Shown here in pieces: positions 12,660 to 28,129 of a stretch of DNA of 64,000 bases (position 1 is the first letter of the stretch; each line of letters opens with the position of its first letter). Position numbers and translations under genes: made by a program. Below the pieces are notes generated by a model. It did no database searches and was not told the DNA's origin. It saw only the letters and a program-made list of their open reading frames with translations. The stretch is taken from assembly GCF_009914755.1 (NCBI RefSeq), contig NC_060925.1; one strand, given 5' to 3'. The stretch comes from the human T2T-CHM13v2.0 reference genome, Homo sapiens.

Positions 12660-13803
12660 TTAGCTGGGGAGGTGGGAGAAACTGGGTGGGCTGTGAATCC
12701 TGGGGAAGAATCTCTCCTCCAACCTGCAGCCACATTCCACATTCCACACAGGGTGTAGGCTCAGGGTCTTTGACAGGAAGACAGGAAGTGCCCCGGGTCC
12801 GGGCTTCCCATGGGTGAATGAGGGGGCACAGGCTGCAAGCCAGTCCGGAAACAGTGTCCGAGGAACAAGCTGGAGGACTGGGTGCCTCCTGGCAGGAGCA
12901 CAGCAGGACCAGGAGAGTCTGTTAGGAAGGTATGAAGAGGCTTAGGATGTTAGTGACCTGAGACAAGTGGTATCTGGAATGTGGAATGTGGGTGAAGGGT
13001 CTAGACTCAAGAACCACCTCCCCACAGGCAGAGTGCTGATCCACAGGGCTTTGGAGGGTCTCTGGGGCAGGAATAAGACTGGGCCTGGCTCCCACAGTTT
13101 ACAGGCTCATGGCACACCTCTGAGGGTCAGCAGAAACCTCTAGCTTTTTCTGTTATCTCTTTGTTGGTCTCTTGTTGTTATGCTGAGCATATTAGGCAAA
13201 GCTAAAATGGAGACATGGGGTCTCGTGGAATATTTCTGGGCCACTCTGGGAGCAAGTGTGAGAGCTGTAAGTTGGATGCCACTGTATTAAAACTTCAGTG
13301 CCATTGTTGGAGGGTCCATCGGGGAGAATATTTGAAATCTAGCCCTGCGTGGAAAACATTGGCTCTTTGATTGTCATACTTACAGGCTTATTTTGCTACC
13401 TGCTAGGAAGGCTAAAAGATGAAGCCTCACTTCCATCAACATTTGGGGGTAGCTGGGGTGGGATGGGATGGGAAGAGGAAGCCTCCCCTTGGATTACTGG
13501 CAGGGCCAGGCCTCTGTGCTTTCCCTCCCATTGTGGCCAGAAAGGGGATAGAAAGGCCAGCATATCTATCCAACTAATATCAGCAAGAAACCCCACTGCC
13601 TTCCTAAAGCTTAAGGGGTCCAGAGGGAGAGAGTTACTCCTCTGAAGTGAAACAGTAGTCTCAAGAAGTACGCAGAAAGCAAAGATATATTTGCTATTTT
13701 TGCCAAAGGGTAGAGAACAGCGGTGGCCTGATCCTTTGGAAGCCCTGCCCAGGGAACTGGACTATCTCTCTCTCTCTCTTTTTTTTTTTCCAGTTTTGTC
13801 CTC

Positions 13804-13938
13804 TTTTTTTTTTTTCGTTAGTGGAGATCGGGTCTTGATATGTTGCCCAGGCTGGTCCCATACTCTTGGGCTCAAGGCATCCTTCTGCCTTGGCCTCCCA
13901 AAGTGCTGGGATTATGGGCATGAGCCACCAGGTCTGGC
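13804..13938 (-). mobile_element. Alu left monomer (FLAM-like)
   Basis: T tract followed by ...TTGCCCAGGCTGG...GCCTCCCAAAGTGCTGGGATTA...GAGCCACC; a single arm only. Confidence 0.9.
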
Positions 13939-14026
13939 TGTACCTGGACTGTCTGAATGGGTCCTCTTGAAGGACACACTCCAGACATCCTTTCTGTGTT
14001 GTGGAGGGGCAGGATGTGCTCCTTTA

Positions 14027-14347
<321 letters not shown>

Positions 14348-15090
14348 TCAGAATAAACTCATTTCAGCTGAAAGGGGACCGTTGGGACCTCATATATGGT
14401 AGGTTATTTTAGGGATCCTTGGTTGGCATGAGGACGGAAGAGCCTGAAGGCTTTTTTAGAAAAGGATTTATAAATTTTGTGAATTAGAGACATCCTTGGG
14501 AATTTGGGAGTCCCCTCTACTCTGACACTCCCAGCAATGAATAATTAATAGGTAAAATGTCAATAGGATATTTTCGTCGGTGTTTTAATAGAAATCTGGA
14601 TACTAAAGAGCTGCAAGTTGTAATTCTCCTCTTGGGAGTTAAGGGTCTCTTCTTGCATGGGGCCTGGGGTATGGGATTTCCTGAGCCCTTTTTGGTGCTG
14701 CTGGGTTCAGTCCTGTGGTGCCCTTTGGTTGAGAAGCCCAAGGCCTTAGTGCATACATGAAACCAGAGCAAATAAAATAAGGGACAAGGAGGTGCCATAA
14801 CCTCATTGCCCGGAGGGCCTGGGGGCCCCAGTACTCCTCGGACTAATTTATTGATCAAACTGGGACACTTCTGAGAGTAAAAGGGGGCACTCTTAATAAT
14901 TCAGCCAGGACAACAAGCATAAACTGGACTGGCCCAGGCAACCTGGGATATATGAACCCCCAGCCAGGTGCCTTCCTGGTTCTGGGCCACTCCGACTCCT
15001 CTACCAGGCTGGGATATCAAACAAAGGGCACATGGTGCCACCTGCTCCCACGGCTCTGAGGGCGCAGGCTGCCTGGGAATGCCTGGACTA

Positions 15091-15399
<309 letters not shown>

Positions 15400-15508
15400 T
15401 CAAGTATTTCTAGAGGGTTATAAGATAGCTGTGGGGTAGAGAGCAAGGAGTACAGGAATACCAGAAACAACCATTACTGCTGTTTTTTGAGCTTTTATTG
15501 GGTTAGAG

Positions 15509-15858
15509 CTGCATAACCCAATCAAATAGCTACTTGCCATGTGTGTGGATTGAGCATTTGAAATGTGGTTAATCCCAACTAAGATGAGCTGTGTCTAAAT
15601 TGAGATGTGCTATAAATATACATTACATGCTGGATTTCAATGACAGTATGAATACAAATATAAACTATCTTATTGATAATTTTTAAATTGATTACATATT
15701 GAAATGATAATCATTTTAGACCAGTTAGATTAAATAAAATATGTAACATTAATTGATCTTTTTATTTTTACCTTTTTAATGTGACTAATACAAAAAGTTT
15801 AAATTACACATGTGGCTTGCACATGTGGCTTGCATTAATTTTCTACTGGACAGCACTG
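15509..15858. mobile_element. MER33-like hAT-Charlie element
   Basis: TTGAGCATTTGAAATGTGG...AATTGAGATGTGCT...TTGATTACATATTGAAATGATAAT...TGGACAGCACTG; has an internal 13-bp tandem duplication at 15807-15832. Confidence 0.8.
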
Positions 15859-18854
15859 GGCCAGACCCATTCTCCCATCCACTTGGCGAGCTATGCACAA
15901 GTATTCCCATTTTACAGATGAAAAAAAAAAATGGAATCATAGGGAGGCTAAGCAACCTCTTAAAGGTCACATAATTCATACATGGTAGAGCCAATATTTG
16001 TAGCCAGGTATGTCAGGCTCCAGAGCACATGTTCTCTTCATTATATATTCTAACTTGGAATTTTATTTCGAGTCACACTGGTCTGAAGCCCATTTTCCCT
16101 TTTGGCTCTGCTTTCTTTCTGACCTGGGTCCTATAATGCCTGGATCACTTCAAATAGTTTCATCAAAAGGGCAGCCACTCTTGGGGACTGAGCGAGAAAG
16201 ATGGTGTCTTGTCCCATCCTCTATGAGGGTACCCCAGCTCAGCACCCAGCCTGCAGGAGAGGGCGGATAAGTGAGGAGCCATACTGAAGACATTTGGGGC
16301 CATTTTGATTTAAGATTGCCCTCCATCCAGTAAAAACAGAGAATCCCCAGAATCGTGGTGATCCAATTAAACCCCTAACGCAGAGGGAATAAAACAGCTA
16401 TAATAATGTTATGGGCCATAAAACATTCCTATTAAACCATTTTTTATTTTAACAATTTTTTTGAACTTTATAAGTTTGATTTATAGCTGCACCAGTCATA
16501 AAACCATCTTTCTGGGTCTTAAATTGTCAGTCCCTCTCTCCCACCAAAAAAGAATTAAATGTGGGGAAGTCAAACTATAAATGAACATTAGTGCTAACGA
16601 GATTCCCTGATAGCAGGTTTTAGTGGTGGTGTTTAATTTTACCCTCCCTATAAATCTGCAGAAGCCTGGGAAGTTTTTTAACATCTCTTTGTTAATTAAG
16701 ATTATGCAGATTTTCTTCTGCAAGGGCTCCAAGGACCTTTGACTCCAGAGAGGGTAACAAGAGGGCAGTGCATTGACTTGATGGTATAAAGCTCCAAGGT
16801 CCTGTGCCTGGAAGGTGCCAAGGCTCCATTACTTCCCAGCTAGACCAGCTCCCTGGACTTGTCAGCTGTTGGTACCATCAGCACTAGGACTGGGAGCGGG
16901 GCAGTCTCTACCTCCGTCTTTCAGGAATTCTCCTTACAACTGACAGCCCAGAAATGATACCTGGAAAGCTTGGCAGGGGCAGGAGTTCACACTCCCAGGG
17001 AGAACAGATTACATTATCATTTATAGTTTCTTGTCACCTAATGAAAGATTCACAAGGTGACTCAAATGACCACAGTTCAACTTGATTGCAGGTCTAGTCA
17101 CTAAACCGCTCCTGTCCTTGGTTTTTCTCTGTCTTAACCAACAGGTGGTGCAAGTCCATGGTCAAGATGCCTGGCTGGGTCTGACCTTGACTCTGCTGCT
17201 TACCCGCTCCAGGACTTAACCTCTCTGAGCCTTACAGGTCAGTGGGGATAATAATTGCATGTAGTTTGTGGTGAGAATTAAAGAAGTTAAAACACGGAAA
17301 GGCTGCGAGCAGTGCCTGGGATCCAGTGAGCACGCAGTAAGTGTTGGTATTAGCGTTGCTATTATGAGCATCATCATCATCATCATCACAGTCTCCCAAA
17401 GGGAAGAATACTCCCTGCTGTCCCCTGTCACTCAGGGCTAGCATGTGGGAAGTGACTTGCACTCAGTAAAACTCAGTAAATATTTGAGGACTGAATGCAT
17501 ACATGAATGATAAATGACATCAGGGAATTGAAAGTGCTTTGTATGATCAGCACCATGAGAACAAAATAGTCCCTTCTTCTGATTGGGAGCCGTAGGCTGG
17601 AAAGCCCAGTAACAAGCATTAGAGTATCAGAGACAGAAGCAGAAAGACCCCACTCCTGCCCTTTAGAAACTCATGATTTGGGGGCATCATGCTATTTTCT
17701 TTTGTACTTTCTTATTCAGCTTTAATTGGTTCATTACAATTGTTCTACTGGATACATTAAGCACCATATGAAATGGTGGTGTTTGGGCATGTGTGTATGT
17801 GTACAGAATTAACAGGGAGTGATGACAGCTACCTTATCTGTAAGTACAATCCTGGGCACCTCACACTTTCGCAAGTCAGGGTTGTTATCTCCATTTTACA
17901 GATGAGGAGCCCAAGGTGCAGAGAGATTAAAGTCACACCACCAAGGAGTGGGGAAGCAGGGCTTGAATACAGCTTCTAAAGCCTCTTCTCTTCCCATTAC
18001 ACCACACTCATGTCCTCTGGGCAGGGGTCTAGGCAGGGTGTCAGGATGGGAGGTGCAGGCGAGTCAGGGGGATGGAGCCTGGAGAAGAGCATTTTTGGGG
18101 ACCCCTGTGCCCCAGCTTCCTCTGTGCCCATGGAGGCTCCTGCCAGCTCCAGCGCCTGGTGGTTGGCAGCTCAGTGCCTGAGAGCCCAGCCTGCCAGCCC
18201 CTCTACAGATCCTTCTTTCCGAGACAGGGACATGGGAGGATGTTATTAATCAGACGATCCCACGGGTCTTGCAGCCTGAGGCGCTTCCTCTAGTTGGTTT
18301 AATTTCCCTTGGTGTCTCTTATTTCCAGTTTCTATTTTAGTATTTTTTCTGAATCCCAACCTGTCTACCTGTGCTTAATCTTACAGAGACCCCCAGCTGC
18401 GAGTGGTTACCATGGGAGGGGAGAAGAGGCGGGAGTAGATACCTCCTTGATCTTGTGTTCTTTTGCTGGGATTTTTCTTTTTTTTTTTTGACTGCTCATT
18501 CAATGTGTCTGCCAGTGTGCTGAACACCTCACCTTCTATCTTGAATCTATTCCATACAACTGTACGGAGCAGGGTTCACCAGGAGCCCCATTTTACACAT
18601 GAGAGACAAGAAAGCCTGAGTAATTTTCCCAAGGACACCAGCTACTAAGAGGAAGAATGTAAGACCTGAAGAGAAGTCTATTCAATTCCCTGCTCCACTG
18701 TAAGTCAGAGGTGTGGGCTGTGTTAGTAAGATGCTAAAGAGAGAAAGTGCCAGGTACCTTAAGGTAGTTGTCCATGTGGAGGGCTTTGCAATATGCATTT
18801 GATTTTTGTTGTTGTTGTTGTTTTGTTTTGTTTTTTTGCAAATGTAGAGGTACA

Positions 18855-18984
18855 CAGAATAGAAATGCCTAGGCCTTACCCCAGACCTGTTAAATCTGTT
18901 TCTGAGGGTGGAGTTTGGTCACTCACGTTTTTTATCAGTTCCCTCAGTAATTCCAATGGGCAGCCATGGCTAAGAATCCCTGTT
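18855..18984. mobile_element. MER5-like fragment
   Basis: GGCCTTACCCCAGACCT...AATCTG...CAGCCATGGCTAAGAATCCCTG. Confidence 0.55.
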
Positions 18985-19114
18985 CTATGCTCCAGCAGGA
19001 GGAGGAAAGCAGGGAGAGGAAAATCCTTTTTAGACTTTTGAGGCCTTAGAGCAAGGCTTAGCGGGAAGGGAACATTCTGGGAAGCTGAAGAGGGGAAAAG
19101 ACACCCCCTCTCAC

Positions 19115-19218
19115 CTGATAATGCATCAGTGTGTTGAGCCGCTTCCAGTCACCCTCAATCTTGGTGGTGATGTCCTCATCTTGCAGCACGACCCGGGCGA
19201 TCCGGCCTTGGCGCCACT
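19115..19218 (-). CDS. PLXNA2: Plexin-A2 exon 26, RBD
   Basis: cag|AG TGG...CAG|gtgaga; 104 nt; (E)[34 protein letters not shown]. Confidence 0.97.
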
Positions 19219-19545
19219 CTGGGTGGAGGGGGTGGTGCAGGGAGCGGCGTGAGAGGGATGAGGGCTGTGAGCCAGTGTCTCCCGACTGCACCTTCTCTAG
19301 GGACCTGGCAACCCGGCCCCCTCAAGCTGGTACCAATAACAGAGGCTAGAGACATCTAGGGCTCCATGGGCCCAGGCAGCAGAGGAAACACGTAGACCTC
19401 CCCAGAGACAGCCACATCTGAACAGGCAGCGCTCAAAGCGGGAAGCATTTCACACGGGCCTCAGCTGGCCAGGACACAGTCATGCCCCTGCAAGGGTTGT
19501 GTGCATGGCAGCTTCCCTTCCTTCACCTCTCAACCCCTGCCCTCA

Positions 19546-19728
<183 letters not shown>

Positions 19729-20271
19729 CTACAAGTAGGGGACAGAGGGTGAGCAGGACAGGAGTTGAAGGAGTAGTTTGAGGGAGAGGGTCAGGGCCTC
19801 AGAATCTTCTTTTTCCAAAGTTCACCCTCCTTATAGGGGAAATAAGGGTACTTTTCTGGTCTGTGACTCAGTTTCCCTCACCTTCATAACATCTGCCAAA
19901 TGAGAGTCTGAGTCATTGTGTCCAATTCTTCTTTCTCAAAGCACCAGGACTCTACTTTCTAGCTCCTGGACAGCTTAGGGGAGACTATAGTCCTGGAATG
20001 AGGCACCCTCAGTGTTTAGAGATGGCTCTACATGTATCAGAGACTAGTCATGCACTTCCCCAAAGCCTCTATGTTAGGAACCAACATACATCTTTCTCAT
20101 AATACCAATTACCCAATAACTAATGATGGGTGAACTTTTTTCTCCCCCAATATTATCTAGGATAAACCGAGGCACAGAGTGCTTGGGATGGGTGGGCGGG
20201 CCTGCCACCTTGCTCTTGGTACACTTAGTTGTCCTTTGGGCTCACCCCAGACCAGCCTCCCATCCTCTTTA

Positions 20272-20948
<677 letters not shown>

Positions 20949-21269
20949 TCACCCAGTAACTAGACTGTGACCTGGGGGTAGGGGTGGCTTCTTTCTGGGC
21001 CTCAATTTCCTATGAAAATGGAGAGGTTGGCCTTTTCAGCCCTGATGGTCCATGGTGCTCTGAACTTTGGCTGCATCTGAGACAGGGTCTATGGATAAAG
21101 GCACCTCACTATCCCACAGGGCTATAAAGAACCGGTTCTCCCAACTCACTTCTGGCCTCAGGGTGATAACTAGAGAGTTTCCCAGTCCCTCTGGGCTTTC
21201 TTGCATGTGTGAGTACCCTGTTTTGCCTATCTGGAAGGTGCCTGGTCCCTTCCCCTCCAAAAACACTCA

Positions 21270-21500
21270 AGGTTAGACTTCCTTGGGTTCAAATCCTGAT
21301 TCTGCCATACGTTGGCTGTGTGACCTTGGGCAAGTCATTTAACCTCTCTGGTTTCAGTATTCCTATCACTAAATGGAGACAGTCATAATAACATCCAACC
21401 CCAGTGGTTGTTGTCAGGGTTGAATGAGTTAATATTTGTAAAGTGCTAAGAAAAGTGCCTGGCACCTGCTAAGCACTATCCATTAGCTGTCATTATTGCT
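21270..21500 (+). mobile_element. MIR
   Basis: GGGTTCAAATCCTG...GCTGTGTGACCTTGGGCAAGTCATTTAACCTCTCTG...GTAAAGTGCTAAGAAAAGTGCCTGGCAC. Similar degraded MIRs lie near 770-930, 17140-17365, 40380-40600, 41870-42100, 46100-46300, 51380-51640, 58840-58990, 60430-60650 and 62300-62520. Confidence 0.8.
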
Positions 21501-22249
21501 GTCATGTGGGGTCTTGGATCCCAGCCCTCAGGTAGAGAGCAGTGCTTAAGTGTTTTGCCAACAGGGGATTTGCTCATGCAAGGGCTGGCCCCCCTCCCCT
21601 TCCCATCCCAGGGCTACAGATCTGGGGATTTGGGAAGGAACAAAGCGGCTGTGACAGACCCTCAGTGAAGGGGATGCCGGAGGGGTATTTTAACTCCCTG
21701 CACGTGGTGCAAATTATATCCTCTGGTTGCAGTAAATCCCAGGCATTTGCCAGGGCTGCTCAGCAATCTGGGCCTGGGAGAGAGTGACAATGGCAGAAAA
21801 AATTGTAGCTTTCTCCCGTGGCTCCTCCCAGCACCCTCTCCCTGCATTGTGCTTGAGATTAGCTCTAATTTAAATACAACAGTTCTTAATGAGAGTTTCT
21901 AATGCTCAGATTGGCAGGATGGGGGCTCAGTACTCATAAAGCAAAGCCATTCTTCCTCCCTCCTCACCCCACGTGGGGCCTGGAAGCCTGAGACCTTGCT
22001 AGAGGAAGGCTAAAGAGGAGGGGTGGTGAACGGAGGTGGAGCCCTCCAGCCCCTGCTGCCCAGAGGACTCCAAAGCTGTGCCCGGCTCCCCACGGCCTCT
22101 AGAGAGGGTGGGCTCAGGGGATACTGAGGTCTCCAACCCTCTCCCCTGCCAGGAAAAATGCAGTGGGCATGTGTAGTGGATGCTGTGATTCAGATCCAGG
22201 AAGCTGAGCTCAGAAGGCACGGCCTTCTAGGCTGTCCAAATCCCTAGCT

Positions 22250-22457
22250 CAGTGCTGCGCAATAGAACCTTCTGCGATAATGGGAATGTTCTCTATCTGT
22301 GCGGTCCCGTATGGTGGCCACTAGCTGCAATGTGGCAACCAAGCACTTAGAAAGCGGCTAGGTGCTAGGGCAATGGAGGAGCTGGATTTTACATTCTATT
22401 TCATTTTAATTTGTAGCAGCTACCTGTGGCTAGGGGCCGCTGTGCCGGACAGCACAG
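22250..22457. mobile_element. MER3-like hAT-Charlie element
   Basis: CAGTGCTGCGCAATAGAACCTTCTGCGATAATGGGAATGTTCT...GGACAGCACAG, flanked by CTAG-containing target sites. Confidence 0.8.
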
Positions 22458-22801
22458 CTCTAGAGGCACCGGGAGGAAGAGACTGTGAGATAGGAATTAT
22501 TTTTCTCATTTTGTCTAGGAGGAAACTAAACAACAGAGTGGTTACAACACTGGCCAGAAATCACAGAGCTAGCAGGAGGCAGAGCTGGGACTCCAGCTGA
22601 GATCCGAGCAAGGGTCTGAGCTCATCCATCACACCTGGGTGACTTCAGACTCTGTAGTCTCCCTGGGCTGAGGGAAAGTCAGATTCTGCCCTGCAGAGAC
22701 GTGAGGACACAGGCTGCTCTGAATGGGTGCCCCTTCTGGGGAGTGGGCCTTCTCATGCTGCTTGTGGGGCCTGCTATAATGAGGTGCTCTGTCCAGGTTC
22801 A

Positions 22802-23140
<339 letters not shown>

Positions 23141-23735
23141 TCAGAGGACAGGCATCGGGCCTCCTACCTGAGGGTCTCACTGAGGGCCTGCTGGCGATGA
23201 CACTAGCTGTAGGACCCTATGTTTGAGGCCTATAACCAACCCCACCCCATTCCACTCACCCGTGATGATGTAGGAACAGCTGGCTCTAAGGTCGACAGTC
23301 TGCTCTGACCTTGCACTGGGCCGGGGAGGCTGGGCTCCATGCGGAGCTCTCAGAGGGGAGGCTGCCTGATTTTCCCAAGGATAGAATAGGAGATGCCCCC
23401 TCAAACTTCTTCAGTTTACTAGTCTCCCCTTAATCTCCTCTGCCTGATTTATTATCTTTAGTAAAACAAACCAACAAATGAACAAACAAACCTCATAGAA
23501 TCCTGTGTCTTTCTTAAAGCCATCTTAAATCCATTTTAGAATGAGGCAGGATCTTAGTTAATTAGTTCAGTCATTAATTAAAAAATGACAAACAATGAGC
23601 TTTACCCTGGAACCATCCCAAGGAGCCTGGGTGCCCCCTCAGCCGTAACCTTCCTGATAGCTCTGTTGCTGAGATGCTGTTACAAACTACTGACCCCTCT
23701 TCCCTGCTAACCTTACTCAGTACTGCTGAGTCTCA

Positions 23736-24062
<327 letters not shown>

Positions 24063-25249
24063 TTACGGGAGTGTGTCTCCAGAGGGCGGGGCTACTCCCA
24101 GCTGTTTTTAGGTGGTGGGGAAATGGGTGATTTTTATGTTATTTTCTCCTCTATACTTATCTATAATTTCAAATTTTCTCTTTACATATTACAAGTGTAG
24201 TTTCAACAAGGAAAAAAAAGTATCATGATTGGGCCGTTTAGTAAAGATCACGGAGATGCTGGAGGCAGGTGAGAGACCATGGCTGAGGGGGTCCAGCAAA
24301 GACCAGAACAGGCAAAGTGCTGCCCTTTTCTAATCAAGGTAATAAATCAAGATGCAAAAGCCTAGGGGAGGTCTGGTCATGAGACGCTCAGCTGAGAGCC
24401 GAGTTTGGGAAGGCAAGGGCTTCAGAAGCCTCACCTTGGTGGTGGCACACCTGTCTTCCTGGCTCCTTCCTCTGCCAAACTCACCAGCCCTGTTGCCAGG
24501 AGGAACCTTGGCTCCACATGTCCTATTTCCCAGCCCAGCTCTTCCCTGTCATCCAGCAGAGGGCTTGTTTCTGATCTTGACATTTGCAGCAAAAGGAGAA
24601 ATGTTTTCATTCCTAATTGAGCTGTTTACCCAGAGAGCCTGCCAGGTCCTCAGCCTGAGAGGACGCCAGGTACACTCGTCACCTCGAGGCTGTGGTTGCG
24701 TGGGACATGGGAGAAAACACAATCTGCACTCCCACACACGTCCACAGCCAAGGACACCAGCAAGTGGCGGCCTTCAGAGCGCTCAGCCTGCAGCACTGAT
24801 GGAAAACAAACCCTGGGGGAGATGAGGCAGGTGCTTGTCTGCCTTTGCTGCCGCTGCTCCCACGTGCTGCGAAGACAGTGTGCAGAAAAACAAGAGCTGG
24901 ACACTCCCATGGGGGATCTAGAGTCTGGGGCTGTGGAGCCTGGGGACTCTGACTGTGGGGACATTGAGGCCCTGAGAGGGAGAAAGTGTTTGCCAGATTG
25001 TGGGATGGGTCAGGGCAAAGAAGGGACTAGAACAATGCAATTGGACCTGGGTCCTCATGCAGTGGGCATTCTTCATTGGACATCTCTGACCCTATAAGCA
25101 AAAGAAGTTCTGGGAAAACAGGGGTGAAAGTGGAATGCAGAGGCATGGCTGGCAGCGATGGGAGTAAAGATAGGAGTTGTCTGCAGGGAGAAGGGCAATA
25201 AGGCAGGTGGAGAAAGAGGGACCCAGCAAATGAGGGTGTGCTTCCACTA

Positions 25250-25657
<408 letters not shown>

Positions 25658-25660
25658 TCA

Positions 25661-26005
<345 letters not shown>

Positions 26006-26426
26006 TTAATTGCCTACTTAAAAAGAGATTAAGGAGACGGGGAAGGGCAGCAGTGCAAAAACCAGGAAATGACTCCTTGGCAAGTTTTTGTGGAGGGGAC
26101 TTCTAACAGCCATGATCTAGAGAGAAAGAGAGAAAACAGACGCAGGAGAGAATGAAAATGAAGAAGAGAGTGGGAAAAATGCAGAGGAGACAAAACACTA
26201 AACAAGAGAAAATTTTGGGGGAGGATGCATGGGATTTCACGAAAGTAGTGGGGCAACAAATCACTTGGATGGACAGTGCCAGGGACTGTGACCTCTGGAA
26301 ATGTGTGTGTGGGCTCCTGTGGCCACAGAGTGGACAGAAAAGGAAACAGTTACTCCCAACTCACTGCAGTACCTCTGGTTCCCAAAGCTCACAAGAACTA
26401 ACAGAAATATTCTAAAGTATTTCTTA

Positions 26427-26861
<435 letters not shown>

Positions 26862-27539
26862 CTAAGAGATCCAGAGCGCAGCATTCACACACGGAGTGCC
26901 TGGCACAGAGCCCAGGGGCCCACAGCCGCTCTCCCACCCTCTCTCTGCTTTTGTGCCTCGTCACTGGGTTTACTTGCTTGTCTCCATTCCATGGGAAAGC
27001 CCTCCAGGAAAGGGCAGTGAAATTTTGGGGGAGTGGGGGGCATTTTAGCTTCTTCATTAATTCATTCACCAACGCTATTTGGGCATCTAGTTTCTAGTTT
27101 GTGCTGGCACTGTGCTAGGAGGTGGGGCTATAGAGCGGCAGACACAGTCTGGAGGGAAGACAAAGAAGCATTACAATCTAGTCCTGGAAGAGGGCCTGGG
27201 GCATGGGGGGCACACAGCACTGTTGGATGCATGCAGAGATGTGAAAAATAAATGCCCTGGTAGGGAAGTACCAGCTACTCTAGGAGTGTCTGTGTGTGTG
27301 CATGAGTGTGTGTGTGTGTGTGTATGTGTGTGTGCATGGCCTGAAGCAGGGTAGGAGTGACTCATGGAAGTTTTCCCATGGAAGAAATGAATGAAATTTA
27401 ATCTGAAGAATGAGTAGGACTTACCTAGATAAGGAGAGGGAGGGGGAAGGGAACAAGTTCCAAGCAGAGGGAACAGCACCAAAAGGCCTGGGGACAAGGG
27501 AGCATGGGATGTTTGAGAAAAAAGTAGGACAGAACAGCA

Positions 27540-27541
<2 letters not shown>

Positions 27542-27573
<32 letters not shown>
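27542..27573. repeat. (GT)16 microsatellite; an imperfect GT run also lies at ~27290-27335
   Basis: Direct reading. Confidence 0.95.
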
Positions 27574-27577
<4 letters not shown>

Positions 27578-27649
27578 TGTGGAGCAGGAAGTGGTACGAG
27601 ATGAGCACTTTGCTCAGTATGTAGTAGGTGTTCAGTTAATGTTGATTGA

Positions 27650-27990
<341 letters not shown>

Positions 27991-28037
27991 TTCTTCAAAT
28001 GTTTTATGTAGGACCTCTCTCTCTTCTCTAACCAAGT

Positions 28038-28129
28038 GTCCCCTAACCCTGCACTGGGACAGAAGCTTGGTTTTGACACAGAGTCCCCTAACCCTGCACT
28101 GGGACAGAAGCTTGGTTTTGACACAGAGT
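28038..28129. repeat. Perfect 45-bp tandem duplication
   Basis: GTCCCCTAACCCTGCACTGGGACAGAAGCTTGGTTTTGACACAGA x2 (28038-28082, 28083-28127) plus GT. Confidence 0.97.

Noticed and set aside
21044-21064. REST/RE1-like GTCCATGGTGCT
   Set aside because: The 12-bp centre matches, but both conserved flanks (CT before and GA after) are mismatched. The half site at ~17546 also lacks its second half.
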